From Dysgonomonas capnocytophagoides DSM 22835 (GTDB lineage: Bacteria > Bacteroidota > Bacteroidia > Bacteroidales > Dysgonomonadaceae): 32,000 bases of DNA. The notes below the pieces were generated by a model, which ran no database searches, was not told where the DNA came from, and worked only from the letters and a program-made list of their open reading frames with translations. The position numbers and the translations under genes were made by a program. The stretch covers positions 136,829 to 168,828 of the forward strand of contig NZ_KE384530.1 of NCBI RefSeq assembly GCF_000426485.1, read 5' to 3'. Numbering within the stretch: the stretch's first letter is position 1; every line of letters starts with the position of its first letter. Positions 14,939 through 22,712 of this stretch are shown here, one piece after another.

Positions 14939-16369
14939 CTATTTTAACGGTTTTAAACCCAAAGACGCTGCTTTTTTTAATAAATACTGATAGGCCGGCT
15001 CGTATTCGTTGGGTATGATTCCGTCTAAGATAGCATCTTTTATAGATGATTTGAGACGTCCTACCTCAGCGCACGGAGACAGACCGAATATTTCCATGAT
15101 TTCTTCACCACCGATAGGCGGTTGAAAATTCCGGACGTGGTCTTTTTCTTCAATATCCTTCATCTTTTGACGGACAATCTGAAAGTTTTTGAGAAAACGG
15201 CGTACTTTATCCTGATTTTTGGAGGTTATATCAGCCTCGCAGAGAATCATCAGGTCTTCAATATCGTCTCCGGCTTCGAATAATAATCTTCTTACCGCCG
15301 AATCGGTTACCTCTTCTTCGACAAGAGTCACCGGACGCATATGCAGACCGACTAGTTTCTGTACATATTTCATTTTTTCGTTCAAAGGGAGTTTCATCCT
15401 GCGGAAAATACCCGGAATCATTTTTTCTCCGATAAAATTGTGATTGTGGAATGTCCATCCAAGGCGTGGATCCCAGCGTTTGGTAGCAGGTTTGGCAATA
15501 TCGTGTAATATAGCAGCCCAACGCAACCACAGATTTTCGGTTTTGCGTGAGATATTATCAAGAACAGTCAATGTATGATAAAAATTATCTTTATGCCCCA
15601 CACCGTCTTTTGTCTCAGCACCTTTCAGCGCAACTAATTCAGGGAAGATAATTTCAAGTAATCCTGTCTGATCCAGAAGCAGAAAACCCACAGAAGGCTT
15701 AGGAGATAAGACTATTTTGTTGAGTTCATCGATAATCCGTTCTTTGGATACTATCTCTATTCGTTCTTTATTGCGGGCAATAGCATCAAATGTCGTATGT
15801 TCTATATCGAAACCTAATTGGCTCGAAAAGCGTATACCCCGCATCATACGAAGCGGGTCGTCACTGAATGTTATGTCGGGATCGAGTGGGGTGCGTATGA
15901 TGCAACGTTCAAGGTCTTCCAATCCGCCAAACGGATCGAGAAGTTCTCCGAATCTCTGTTTGTTGAGGCATACAGCCAATGCATTTATGGTGAAGTCTCT
16001 CCTGTTCTGGTCATCTTCGAGAGTTCCATCTTCAACAAAGGGTTTGCGCGAGCCTCTTTCGTAGGACTCACGGCGAGCCCCTACAAACTCTACTTCTATA
16101 TTCTTATATTTTATCTGAGCTGTTCCGAAATTATGGAATACCGATAGTTTTGTGCCTTTACCTAGTTTATCCGCAACAGCTTTCGCCAGATCAATGCCTT
16201 TGCCTACGGTTACCACATCTATATCTTTTGATGGGCGGTACAGGAATATGTCACGCACGTATCCGCCTATCGCATAGCACTCGAGATTCATGCTGTCGGC
16301 AGTTTCACTGATTATATCGAATATTTTTCCGGAGAAGTACCGTTCTATTTTTTCTTGGTCTAAATACAT
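14939..16369 (-). CDS. cca: CCA-adding tRNA nucleotidyltransferase with HD domain
   Basis: PolyA_pol head domain (AIGGYVRDIFL..KDIDVV, RRDFTINALA) followed by an HD domain (HDIAKP). The track ORF starts at 16429, but an exact TAnnTTTG box (TATTTTTG, 16423..16416) lies inside that 20-codon extension. I therefore prefer the ATG at 16369 (MYLDQEK..). Confidence 0.85.
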   Translation of the reverse strand: MYLDQEKIERYFSGKIFDIISETADSMNLECYAIGGYVRDIFLYRPSKDIDVVTVGKGIDLAKAVADKLGKGTKLSVFHNFGTAQIKYKNIEVEFVGARRESYERGSRKPFVEDGTLEDDQNRRDFTINALAVCLNKQRFGELLDPFGGLEDLERCIIRTPLDPDITFSDDPLRMMRGIRFSSQLGFDIEHTTFDAIARNKERIEIVSKERIIDELNKIVLSPKPSVGFLLLDQTGLLEIIFPELVALKGAETKDGVGHKDNFYHTLTVLDNISRKTENLWLRWAAILHDIAKPATKRWDPRLGWTFHNHNFIGEKMIPGIFRRMKLPLNEKMKYVQKLVGLHMRPVTLVEEEVTDSAVRRLLFEAGDDIEDLMILCEADITSKNQDKVRRFLKNFQIVRQKMKDIEEKDHVRNFQPPIGGEEIMEIFGLSPCAEVGRLKSSIKDAILDGIIPNEYEPAYQYLLKKAASLGLKPLK

Positions 16370-16415
16370 CTTAAGTTTCTTATCTACAAAAAGCAGCAAG
16401 GCTTTAAATTTCTCG

Positions 16416-16423
16416 CAAAAATA
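16416..16423 (-). promoter_or_regulatory. -7 box TATTTTTG, promoter of the CCA-adding enzyme gene
   Basis: It matches exactly on the minus strand, 46 nt upstream of ATG 16369. It sits back to back with the lipoprotein promoter. Confidence 0.5.
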
Positions 16424-16456
16424 CAACAATCCGACTTATAAGCTGTAAAATAATGC

Positions 16457-16464
16457 TATTTTTG
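16457..16464 (+). promoter_or_regulatory. -7 box TATTTTTG, promoter of the lipoprotein gene
   Basis: It matches exactly, 21 nt upstream of ATG 16486. Confidence 0.5.
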
Positions 16465-16485
16465 TAAAAACAGAATTCTGGGATT

Positions 16486-17346
16486 ATGAAGAAATATATA
16501 TGTATACTAGCCTCTGTGAGCGGGTTGCTGATGTTTAACTCGTGTCAGGAAAAGACAAATGAAGAAGCTGTTAAATATCTGGCTGAAACGAAATCATTGT
16601 ACGAAAAAGGTGCTTATCAGGAAGCGTTGGGCAGAATTGACAGTATTCAGGCTTTATTTCCGAAAGCTTTCCCCGAAATAAAAGAAGCATTGACACTTAA
16701 ACAGGATGTGAGAAAAGCATTCGATACAAAGCAGATTACCGATTGCGACTCATTAATGGCTGTGTACCAACCAAAAATTGATTCGGTTAAAAAGCTTTTT
16801 GTATATCAGAAAGACAAGGAGGATACTAAAGGTGTTTTTATCCCTAAAGCAGTATCTTCTCCATTGTTAACTTCAACTATGCTGCGTGCAGGAGTTCAGG
16901 AAGAAGGCCCTATGTATATAGAAAGTGTTTATATCGGAGGGCAATATCATAATACTATTCAGGTAAAAGCGAAAGATGGTTCTGTTGCAGAGACAAAACC
17001 GATTGATGATGAAGGCCTCAACTTCCGTTTCAGCCATATGGGGAGACAATATGAAGTTATAAAAGCGGCTCAGTTTCACGATAACGGGCTGGCCGGATTC
17101 ATTGTTGCCAATGCCTCACAGCCTATGACTGTAACACTGAAAGGAAAAAATACAACTTCGTTTGGTTTATCGAATATCCACAAAAAGGCAATAACGGACT
17201 CATATACTTTATCTAAACTTCTGCTGACTCAGGACAGCCTGATGGGTGCTAAAGATAAAGCAACATTGCGGATCAAATATGTTGATGAGCAGAAACAAAA
17301 AGCCGAAGCTCTTAAAATTGAACAAGAAAAACAAAAATCGAAATAA
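16486..17346 (+). CDS. Hypothetical lipoprotein (family not recognised)
   Basis: 286 aa with a signal peptide and lipobox-like LLMFNSC. The C-terminal tail is Lys/Glu/Gln-rich. An exact promoter box lies 21 nt upstream. Confidence 0.7.
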   Translation: MKKYICILASVSGLLMFNSCQEKTNEEAVKYLAETKSLYEKGAYQEALGRIDSIQALFPKAFPEIKEALTLKQDVRKAFDTKQITDCDSLMAVYQPKIDSVKKLFVYQKDKEDTKGVFIPKAVSSPLLTSTMLRAGVQEEGPMYIESVYIGGQYHNTIQVKAKDGSVAETKPIDDEGLNFRFSHMGRQYEVIKAAQFHDNGLAGFIVANASQPMTVTLKGKNTTSFGLSNIHKKAITDSYTLSKLLLTQDSLMGAKDKATLRIKYVDEQKQKAEALKIEQEKQKSK

Positions 17347-17359
17347 CGGGTTCAATAAA

Positions 17360-18277
17360 TTATTCCGAAAGCAGTCTTTTAACAAGGGCTGCTTTTTCTT
17401 TGTCGGGTAATGTTCCGTCTATCCATCTGATTTGTAGTCCCCGTTTTTCCATGCCCCTGAACCAAGTCATCTGGCGTTTAGCAAACTGATGAATTGCAAT
17501 CTCAAGTTGAGAGAACATTTCTTTATAGCTTAGTTCTTTTATCAGGTATTGAGTCACAAATTTATATTCCAATCCGTAATAAAGCAGGTTTTCAGCGGAT
17601 ATTCCCTTGTCGAGCAATCCTTGTACCTCTTCTATCATTCCTTCTTTCAAGCGGGTTTTCAGACGGCGGGTGATACGTTCACGGCGAAGTTCCCTATCTA
17701 CATCTACTCCAAGTATCAGGCTGTTTATCGGCGGATATTCGTTGCAGTCTGTCGGGTTTGCCTTTTTATATTCTTCTATTTCGATTGCTCTGATGGCACG
17801 TTGAGCTGTGTCTACGTCTGTAGAATTGTGCAGGTCTTTATATGAGGTCAGTATCGTTGTTAACTCTTCGAGGTTTTTACCTTCAAGCTTTTTTCTCAGC
17901 TCTTTATTTTCTGGTACATTAATGAGGTTGTATCCTTTTAATACCGATTCGATATATAGTCCCGATCCTCCGCAAAGGACAGGCAACCTGTCTTTTGCCC
18001 GAATGTTGGTGTATGCATCGTGAAAGTCGTGCTGGTACTCAAATATATTATATTTATATCCTGCGTCTTTGATATCTATCAGATGATACTTTACAGGATT
18101 CCCCTCGACAATATAATCATCAAGGTCTTTACCTGTACCGATATCCATGCCACGGTACACTTGCCGGGAGTCTCCGCTTATAATCTCGGTTTCCAGCTCG
18201 TATGCCAAACGGCAGGCAAAAGACGTTTTGCCGGAAGCCGTAGGGCCCAGTATCGTTATTAAGTCGTAATTGGCCAT
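17360..18277 (-). CDS. miaA: tRNA dimethylallyltransferase
   Basis: 305 aa. It has the P-loop GPTASGKT, SGDSRQVYRGMDIGTGK, and GGSGLY motifs. Confidence 0.95.
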   Translation of the reverse strand: MANYDLITILGPTASGKTSFACRLAYELETEIISGDSRQVYRGMDIGTGKDLDDYIVEGNPVKYHLIDIKDAGYKYNIFEYQHDFHDAYTNIRAKDRLPVLCGGSGLYIESVLKGYNLINVPENKELRKKLEGKNLEELTTILTSYKDLHNSTDVDTAQRAIRAIEIEEYKKANPTDCNEYPPINSLILGVDVDRELRRERITRRLKTRLKEGMIEEVQGLLDKGISAENLLYYGLEYKFVTQYLIKELSYKEMFSQLEIAIHQFAKRQMTWFRGMEKRGLQIRWIDGTLPDKEKAALVKRLLSE

Positions 18278-18284
18278 ATAGATG

Positions 18285-18292
18285 CAAATTTA
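18285..18292 (-). promoter_or_regulatory. -7 box TAAATTTG, proximal miaA promoter
   Basis: It matches exactly on the minus strand, 7 nt upstream of the miaA ATG. A second exact box, TAGATTTG, lies at 18349..18342. Confidence 0.45.
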
Positions 18293-18305
18293 CAGTTTTT
18301 AGAAT

Positions 18306-18341
18306 AATCCACATCTTTCTTTCGAAAGAATGATGTGGATT
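18306..18341. promoter_or_regulatory. 36-bp near-perfect palindrome (17 of 18 pairs) in the miaA promoter region
   Basis: The sequence AATCCACATCTTTCTTTC|GAAAGAATGATGTGGATT has a single T/T mismatch at 18316/18331. It is flanked on both sides by exact TAnnTTTG boxes in minus orientation. Confidence 0.6.
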
Positions 18342-18489
18342 CAAATCTATGACGGTAGAATAATTAATTGTTATATAATGTTAATCTGTGAATTTTTTTA
18401 TTTCGTAACATTGTTATAATCAATAATAGTTACCTCTGTGTAAGTTTATTACACCGTGATAACTTCTTGTCAGGACAGAATAACTATAA

Positions 18490-18497
18490 TAGATTTG
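18490..18497 (+). promoter_or_regulatory. -7 box TAGATTTG, candidate doxX operon promoter
   Basis: It matches TAnnTTTG exactly, 47 nt upstream of ATG 18545. Confidence 0.5.
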
Positions 18498-18544
18498 CTC
18501 TCAATAATAAAGTAAGTATAAAAAAGTAACTAATGTGTATTAAG

Positions 18545-18955
18545 ATGAAATATCTCGAAAAAAACAATGATTTAGGATTATTAATTCTGAGACTGAGTGT
18601 CGGAGGATTAATGTTATTGCACGGTATATCTAAATTGGTTCACGGAGCCGGTTTTATCGAACAGGTTGTTGAAGGGGCCGGTTTACCCACTTTTATCTCT
18701 TATGGAGTATATATAGGCGAAGTGCTTATGCCTTTACTTATAATCATCGGACTGGCAACAAGAGGTGCTGCTTTGATTTTCGCCTTTAATTGTTTGGTTG
18801 CAGCCTTGCTGGTACATGCTCATGAGATATTCTCACTGAACGAACAAGGTGGATGGACAGTAGAGCTGTTAGGTTTGTTCTTCTTTGGAGCAATAGTTCT
18901 GGTCTTTACCGGAGGTGGTAAATATGCGGTTAGCAATAAATATCTATGGGATTGA
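18545..18955 (+). CDS. doxX: DoxX family membrane protein
   Basis: About 136 aa with 4 hydrophobic helices. LGLLILRLSVGGLMLLHGISKL is the DoxX signature. I prefer the start at ATG 18545 (MKYLEK) over the track start at 18533. Confidence 0.8.
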   Translation: MKYLEKNNDLGLLILRLSVGGLMLLHGISKLVHGAGFIEQVVEGAGLPTFISYGVYIGEVLMPLLIIIGLATRGAALIFAFNCLVAALLVHAHEIFSLNEQGGWTVELLGLFFFGAIVLVFTGGGKYAVSNKYLWD

Positions 18956-18983
18956 ATTATAAACAAATAAATAAACAGGAAAA

Positions 18984-19562
18984 ATGAAAAAGTATTTAAT
19001 TTTAGCAGTATTAGCTATAAGTACCATTGCCGGTACAGCACAAACTAAGACATGGACAAATGATCCTGCACACTCTCGATTAGGTTTTGTGGTAAAACAC
19101 CTTACAGTATCGGAAATTGACGGACGTTTTGCAGATTTTTCAGTAAAAGTGACCACATCAAAAGCTGATTATTCGGATGCCCAGATAGATCTGACAGCGA
19201 AAGTAGCCAGCATCAATACAGATGTAGAAGCAAGGGATACCCACTTAAAATCAGCTGATTTCTTTGATGCCGAAAAATTTCCGACTTTAACATTCAAGAG
19301 TACTTCTTTGAAGAAAGTAAGCAAAACCAAAGGTAAACTCTATGGAAATCTGACATTCCACGGTATTACTAAACCGGTAATTTTGGATGTAACTTATTTC
19401 GGTACAGTGGTGAATGCAATGAATAATGCCGAAACAGCAGGGTTCCAGATAAAAGGTGTTGTAAAAAGATCAGATTTCGACCTTGGTCCTAAGTTCCCCG
19501 AAGCTATGCTAAGCGATAATGTTCAGATTGTAGCAAATGTTGAATTTAGCCCCAATAAATAA
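18984..19562 (+). CDS. yceI: YceI family periplasmic polyisoprenoid-binding protein
   Basis: 192 aa with a signal peptide. WTNDPAHSRLGFVVKHLTVSEIDGRF and ASINTDVEARDTHLKSADFFD are the YceI family pattern. Confidence 0.9.
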   Translation: MKKYLILAVLAISTIAGTAQTKTWTNDPAHSRLGFVVKHLTVSEIDGRFADFSVKVTTSKADYSDAQIDLTAKVASINTDVEARDTHLKSADFFDAEKFPTLTFKSTSLKKVSKTKGKLYGNLTFHGITKPVILDVTYFGTVVNAMNNAETAGFQIKGVVKRSDFDLGPKFPEAMLSDNVQIVANVEFSPNK

Positions 19563-19599
19563 ATATTCTTAATAAACAGATTATAGTACATTCTTGACA

Positions 19600-20118
19600 A
19601 TGAAAACAATAATAATTTTAGCTCACCCCAATATTGAGCAGTCTCATATTAATAAATCATGGATTGAAGCTTTAGCGAAAAACAATCCCGAAGTACATGT
19701 TCACAATATTTATAAAGCATACCCCGACTGGAATATAGATGTTGCTTCTGAGCAGGCTTTATTGCTCGGATATGACAGGGTTATCTTTCAATATCCTTTC
19801 CAGTGGTATAATATGCCGCCATTATTGAAAAAATGGTTAGACGATGTTTTCTTACAAGGATGGGCCTACGGAAATGGAGGCGAAAATCTTCAGGGTAAAG
19901 AATTCGGAGTTGTAATATCTACAGCCGGTATAGACGAAGTATACACAGGTTCTGTGTTTGGAAACATCTCCGATCTATTGAAACCGATGGAATCTACCGC
20001 CAAATTCGTAGGGGCAAAATATATATCACATCATGTTTTTCATGGAGCATATACTCCAGATGTGAATGACAGATTGCCAAAGAATATTGAAGAGTATCTG
20101 AAATTTATAGCTAAGTAA
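19600..20118 (+). CDS. NAD(P)H dehydrogenase (quinone), flavodoxin-like fold (KefG / general stress protein 14 type)
   Basis: About 172 aa. IIILAHPNIEQSH.NK...DRVIFQYPFQWYNMPPLLKKWLDDV is the Flavodoxin_2 family pattern. I prefer the ATG at 19600 over the TTG at 19594. Confidence 0.8.
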   Translation: MKTIIILAHPNIEQSHINKSWIEALAKNNPEVHVHNIYKAYPDWNIDVASEQALLLGYDRVIFQYPFQWYNMPPLLKKWLDDVFLQGWAYGNGGENLQGKEFGVVISTAGIDEVYTGSVFGNISDLLKPMESTAKFVGAKYISHHVFHGAYTPDVNDRLPKNIEEYLKFIAK

Positions 20119-20137
20119 TATACTTTAACAGAGAGAG

Positions 20138-20168
20138 CCGTGAGGAATTCCCTCACGGTTATTCTTAT
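20138..20168 (+). terminator. Intrinsic terminator ending the doxX-yceI-quinone reductase operon
   Basis: The stem CCGTGAGG/CCTCACGG (8 bp, GC-rich) has the loop AATTC and is followed by TTATTCTTATT. It lies 19 nt after the stop. Confidence 0.7.
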
Positions 20169-20185
20169 TAATAAAATGTAAGAAT

Positions 20186-20191
20186 AGGAGG
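20186..20191 (+). promoter_or_regulatory. Shine-Dalgarno sequence AGGAGG, 6-nt spacer to ATG 20198
   Basis: It is a perfect core SD at optimal spacing. The other gene starts in the window have none. Confidence 0.5.
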
Positions 20192-20197
20192 TTGAGC

Positions 20198-20650
20198 ATG
20201 ACTAATAATGTAATATCGCTTTTCATTGATTCGCAGCAGACAATACTGGCAGAGCCCGATCACAGCTTATCATTGATATTGCCTGTCGGGTATGATATTA
20301 CTTCTGATAAGTACTTTAAACAAACACCTCCTGATGAGGCTCAGATAGAGGCAGCTATAATCGAAGTGGAAGATATGATTATGACTTTGGTTGCTCAGGT
20401 AAAAGCAAAGAACTATCGGTTGGAAACTTCCGACCCTAAGATACGGGAGATTGCAGGATATGTAAATATCAAAGAAAATGTACTTAGCCTGTCCGAAATG
20501 GAATCAGTCTTTTCCCGCTTTGCTGCTATTGTAATGGGAATGCCCTCATCAATGGATGTATTACCTCAGACAAAAGAGTTCGCTGCAACTTTATTAATCC
20601 TTAGGGAAATAATGCATCACTTGGGTTTCGAGAACATTTTTATAGTATAA
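20198..20650 (+). CDS. Hypothetical protein, 150 aa, with weak resemblance to a truncated Ppx/GppA fold
   Basis: The ORF has a canonical AGGAGG 6 nt upstream of ATG 20198. No family was recognised with certainty; see the finding. The composition looks coding, with amphipathic helices and no low-complexity stretches. Confidence 0.6.
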   Translation: MTNNVISLFIDSQQTILAEPDHSLSLILPVGYDITSDKYFKQTPPDEAQIEAAIIEVEDMIMTLVAQVKAKNYRLETSDPKIREIAGYVNIKENVLSLSEMESVFSRFAAIVMGMPSSMDVLPQTKEFAATLLILREIMHHLGFENIFIV

Positions 20651-20748
20651 AGTTGTTATATATAGATGTCTTATTATTCGTCTACTGTTGAACAATACTA
20701 AAAAAATAAAAAATCCAATTTGTGTTTTATACATACAATTACAGCATA

Positions 20749-20797
20749 AGAGTAAGGTCGCAGTTGCTTTATTCTGCTAACTGCAGAGCTTTACTCT
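20749..20797 (+). other. Long imperfect hairpin between the 152-aa gene and the aldehyde dehydrogenase gene (terminator or 5' UTR element)
   Basis: The outer stem is AGAGTAA/TTACTCT, the inner stem is GCAGTT/AACTGC, and the arms between them can pair partly through G.U. The loop is 13 nt. Only a weak U-tract (CATTTT) follows. Confidence 0.35.
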
Positions 20798-20837
20798 CAT
20801 TTTAGGAAAATTATTCACGAACTAAAAATGTAAGATT

Positions 20838-22223
20838 ATGTCAAGTATTAAAACCGTAAATCCTGCAACAAATCAGGTTGAAAAAGAGTATCCGGTTATG
20901 ACTGACCAACAAATTGATTTGATCTTGTCTGATGCTGATAAAGCATTTCAAAGCTGGAAAAAAACTTCATTTGCCGAAAGGGCAAAACTTTTACATAAAG
21001 TTGCTTCTATTCTGAGAGAGCGTAAAGAGGAACTGGGAAAACTTTGCTCTATCGAAATGGGGAAACTACATCGCGAAGGTATTGGTGAAGTGGAATTATC
21101 TGCAAATATTTTTGATTATTATGCCGATAATGGAGAAAAATTTTTGGCTGATGCGCCACTGGATACTCCGCAAGGTAAGGCTTTTTTAAGCTATGAACCG
21201 ATTGGGGTACTTCTAAGCGTGCAACCATGGAACTTCCCCTTTTATCAGATAACACGTTCTGCTGCTCCAAATATTATGGCAGGTAATACAGTTGTGTTGA
21301 AACATGCGTCTAATGTTCCTCAGGCTGCAGAAATCATGGAAAAGATATTTGCAGAAGCAGGAGCACCCAAAGGAGTATATACAAATTTATTTGTTCCCGG
21401 TGCTAAAGTATCAGAGTTAGTGGCTGATCCCAGAGTGAAAGGAGCTTCGCTGACAGGTAGTGAGCCTGCCGGATCTAGCTTTGCATCTATGGCCGGAAAA
21501 TATCTGAAAAAATCAACTTTGGAACTCGGGGGAAGTGATGCCTTTGTAGTTCTCGAAGATGCTGATCTTGACAAGGCAGTCGAAACTGCTGCTTTCGGTC
21601 GTTTGTGGAATGCCGGTCAGGTTTGTGTTTCCCCGAAACGTATTATTGTGATGGCTTCTGTAGCTGATAAATTTATCGAAAAGGCAAAAGCTATTTATGA
21701 TAAAGTAGTAGTAGGAGATCCCCTTGATCCGAAAACTCAATTGGCTCCATTGAGCAGCGAAAAGGCTGTTCAGGATGTAATCAAACAGGTTGAAACAACT
21801 GTTCAGCAGGGAGCTAAGCTTGTGAGAGGAGGAAAGCGGATCGATCGTCCGGGTGCTTATATGGAACCAACTATCCTGACTGATATCAAGAAAGGTATGC
21901 TGGCTTATTCCGATGAGATATTCGGTCCTGTACTGGCTATCTATGCAGCAAAGAATGTAGATGAAGCAGTGGAATTGGCTAATGATACAAACTTCGGGTT
22001 GGGCGGTACTGTGTTTGGCACAGATACAGATAAAGCAGTGGAAGTTGCCCGTCGTATAGATACCGGTATGGTGTATATAAATCATGTGACCGGTATTGCT
22101 CCCGAATTGCCTTTCGGGGGAACAAAAAGATCAGGGTATGGACGTGAACAGTCTCCTGCCGGCATTTACGAATTTGTAAATGCAAAATTGATACGGGTTA
22201 CGACTCCCGATGCTGCATATTGA
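20838..22223 (+). CDS. NAD(P)-dependent aldehyde dehydrogenase, succinate-semialdehyde dehydrogenase-like
   Basis: 461 aa. ALDH motifs are present: the catalytic Glu context LELGG.D, the Cys context GQVCVSPKR, and the C-terminal EL.FGG.K.SG.GRE. Confidence 0.9.
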   Translation: MSSIKTVNPATNQVEKEYPVMTDQQIDLILSDADKAFQSWKKTSFAERAKLLHKVASILRERKEELGKLCSIEMGKLHREGIGEVELSANIFDYYADNGEKFLADAPLDTPQGKAFLSYEPIGVLLSVQPWNFPFYQITRSAAPNIMAGNTVVLKHASNVPQAAEIMEKIFAEAGAPKGVYTNLFVPGAKVSELVADPRVKGASLTGSEPAGSSFASMAGKYLKKSTLELGGSDAFVVLEDADLDKAVETAAFGRLWNAGQVCVSPKRIIVMASVADKFIEKAKAIYDKVVVGDPLDPKTQLAPLSSEKAVQDVIKQVETTVQQGAKLVRGGKRIDRPGAYMEPTILTDIKKGMLAYSDEIFGPVLAIYAAKNVDEAVELANDTNFGLGGTVFGTDTDKAVEVARRIDTGMVYINHVTGIAPELPFGGTKRSGYGREQSPAGIYEFVNAKLIRVTTPDAAY

Positions 22224-22272
22224 GATTAATAATTGATTCGAGTTATCCGGATTATACCGGAATTTTATACAT

Positions 22273-22277
22273 GGAGG
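22273..22277 (+). promoter_or_regulatory. Shine-Dalgarno sequence GGAGG(TGA), 6-nt spacer to ATG 22284
   Basis: It is a perfect core SD at optimal spacing upstream of the HxlR gene. Confidence 0.5.
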
Positions 22278-22283
22278 TGAGTG

Positions 22284-22643
22284 ATGAAACGTAACATTGA
22301 AATGACAGAATGTCCGGTACGAACTATTCTTGATAACATTTGCGGAAAGTGGGCTATTCTTATATTGGATGCTCTGGGTAATAATGGTACAATGCGGTTT
22401 AACCAAATCAGTAAATCTCTTGGTGATATTTCTCAAAAGATGTTGACCGTGACTTTACGCTCACTGGAGACTGATGGCATTATTTCCCGAAAGATGTATC
22501 CTGAAATACCTCCCAGAGTTGAATATGAACTGACTTGTTTAGGGCACGATTTATTGCCTAATGTCCGTATTATGATCAATTGGGCGGAAAGCAATAAATA
22601 TCAGATATTAGATAGCCGTCAGAAATGCAGGCAGGTTAGTTAA
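22284..22643 (+). CDS. HxlR family winged-helix transcriptional regulator
   Basis: CPVRTILDNICGKWAILIL..L...MRFNQI......ISQKMLTVTLRSLETDGIISRK.YPEIPPRVEYELT is the HxlR signature. GGAGG lies 6 nt upstream of ATG 22284. Confidence 0.9.
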   Translation: MKRNIEMTECPVRTILDNICGKWAILILDALGNNGTMRFNQISKSLGDISQKMLTVTLRSLETDGIISRKMYPEIPPRVEYELTCLGHDLLPNVRIMINWAESNKYQILDSRQKCRQVS

Positions 22644-22672
22644 TAATAAGATATCTGCTGGATACACAATAG

Positions 22673-22712
22673 AAAAAGAGAGGAGCTGGATTTATGGGCT
22701 TCTCTCTTTTTT
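22673..22712. terminator. Bidirectional intrinsic terminator between the HxlR gene (+) and GH78 gene (-)
   Basis: AAAAAGAGAGGAGC (22673-22686) pairs with GCTTCTCTCTTTTT (22698-22711): 14 bp including one G.U. The A-run upstream and T-run downstream mean it reads as a terminator on both strands. Confidence 0.7.

Noticed and set aside
16370-16429. 20-codon N-terminal extension of the CCA-enzyme ORF (MLYFCEKFKALLLFVDKKLK)
   Set aside because: It contains an exact -7 promoter box, and the sequence does not resemble the family N-terminus. The ATG at 16369 is the better start.
18129-18344. 71-aa minus-strand ORF spanning the miaA start region
   Set aside because: It overlaps the miaA 5' end out of frame and runs through the 36-bp palindrome. 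It is a chance ORF.
21513-22085. 190-aa antisense ORF inside the aldehyde dehydrogenase gene
   Set aside because: This is long for an AT-rich genome. However, the sequence is Cys/Phe/Ser/Ile-rich with no recognisable motif, while the + strand ALDH is full length with all family motifs. I treat it as a chance open frame.
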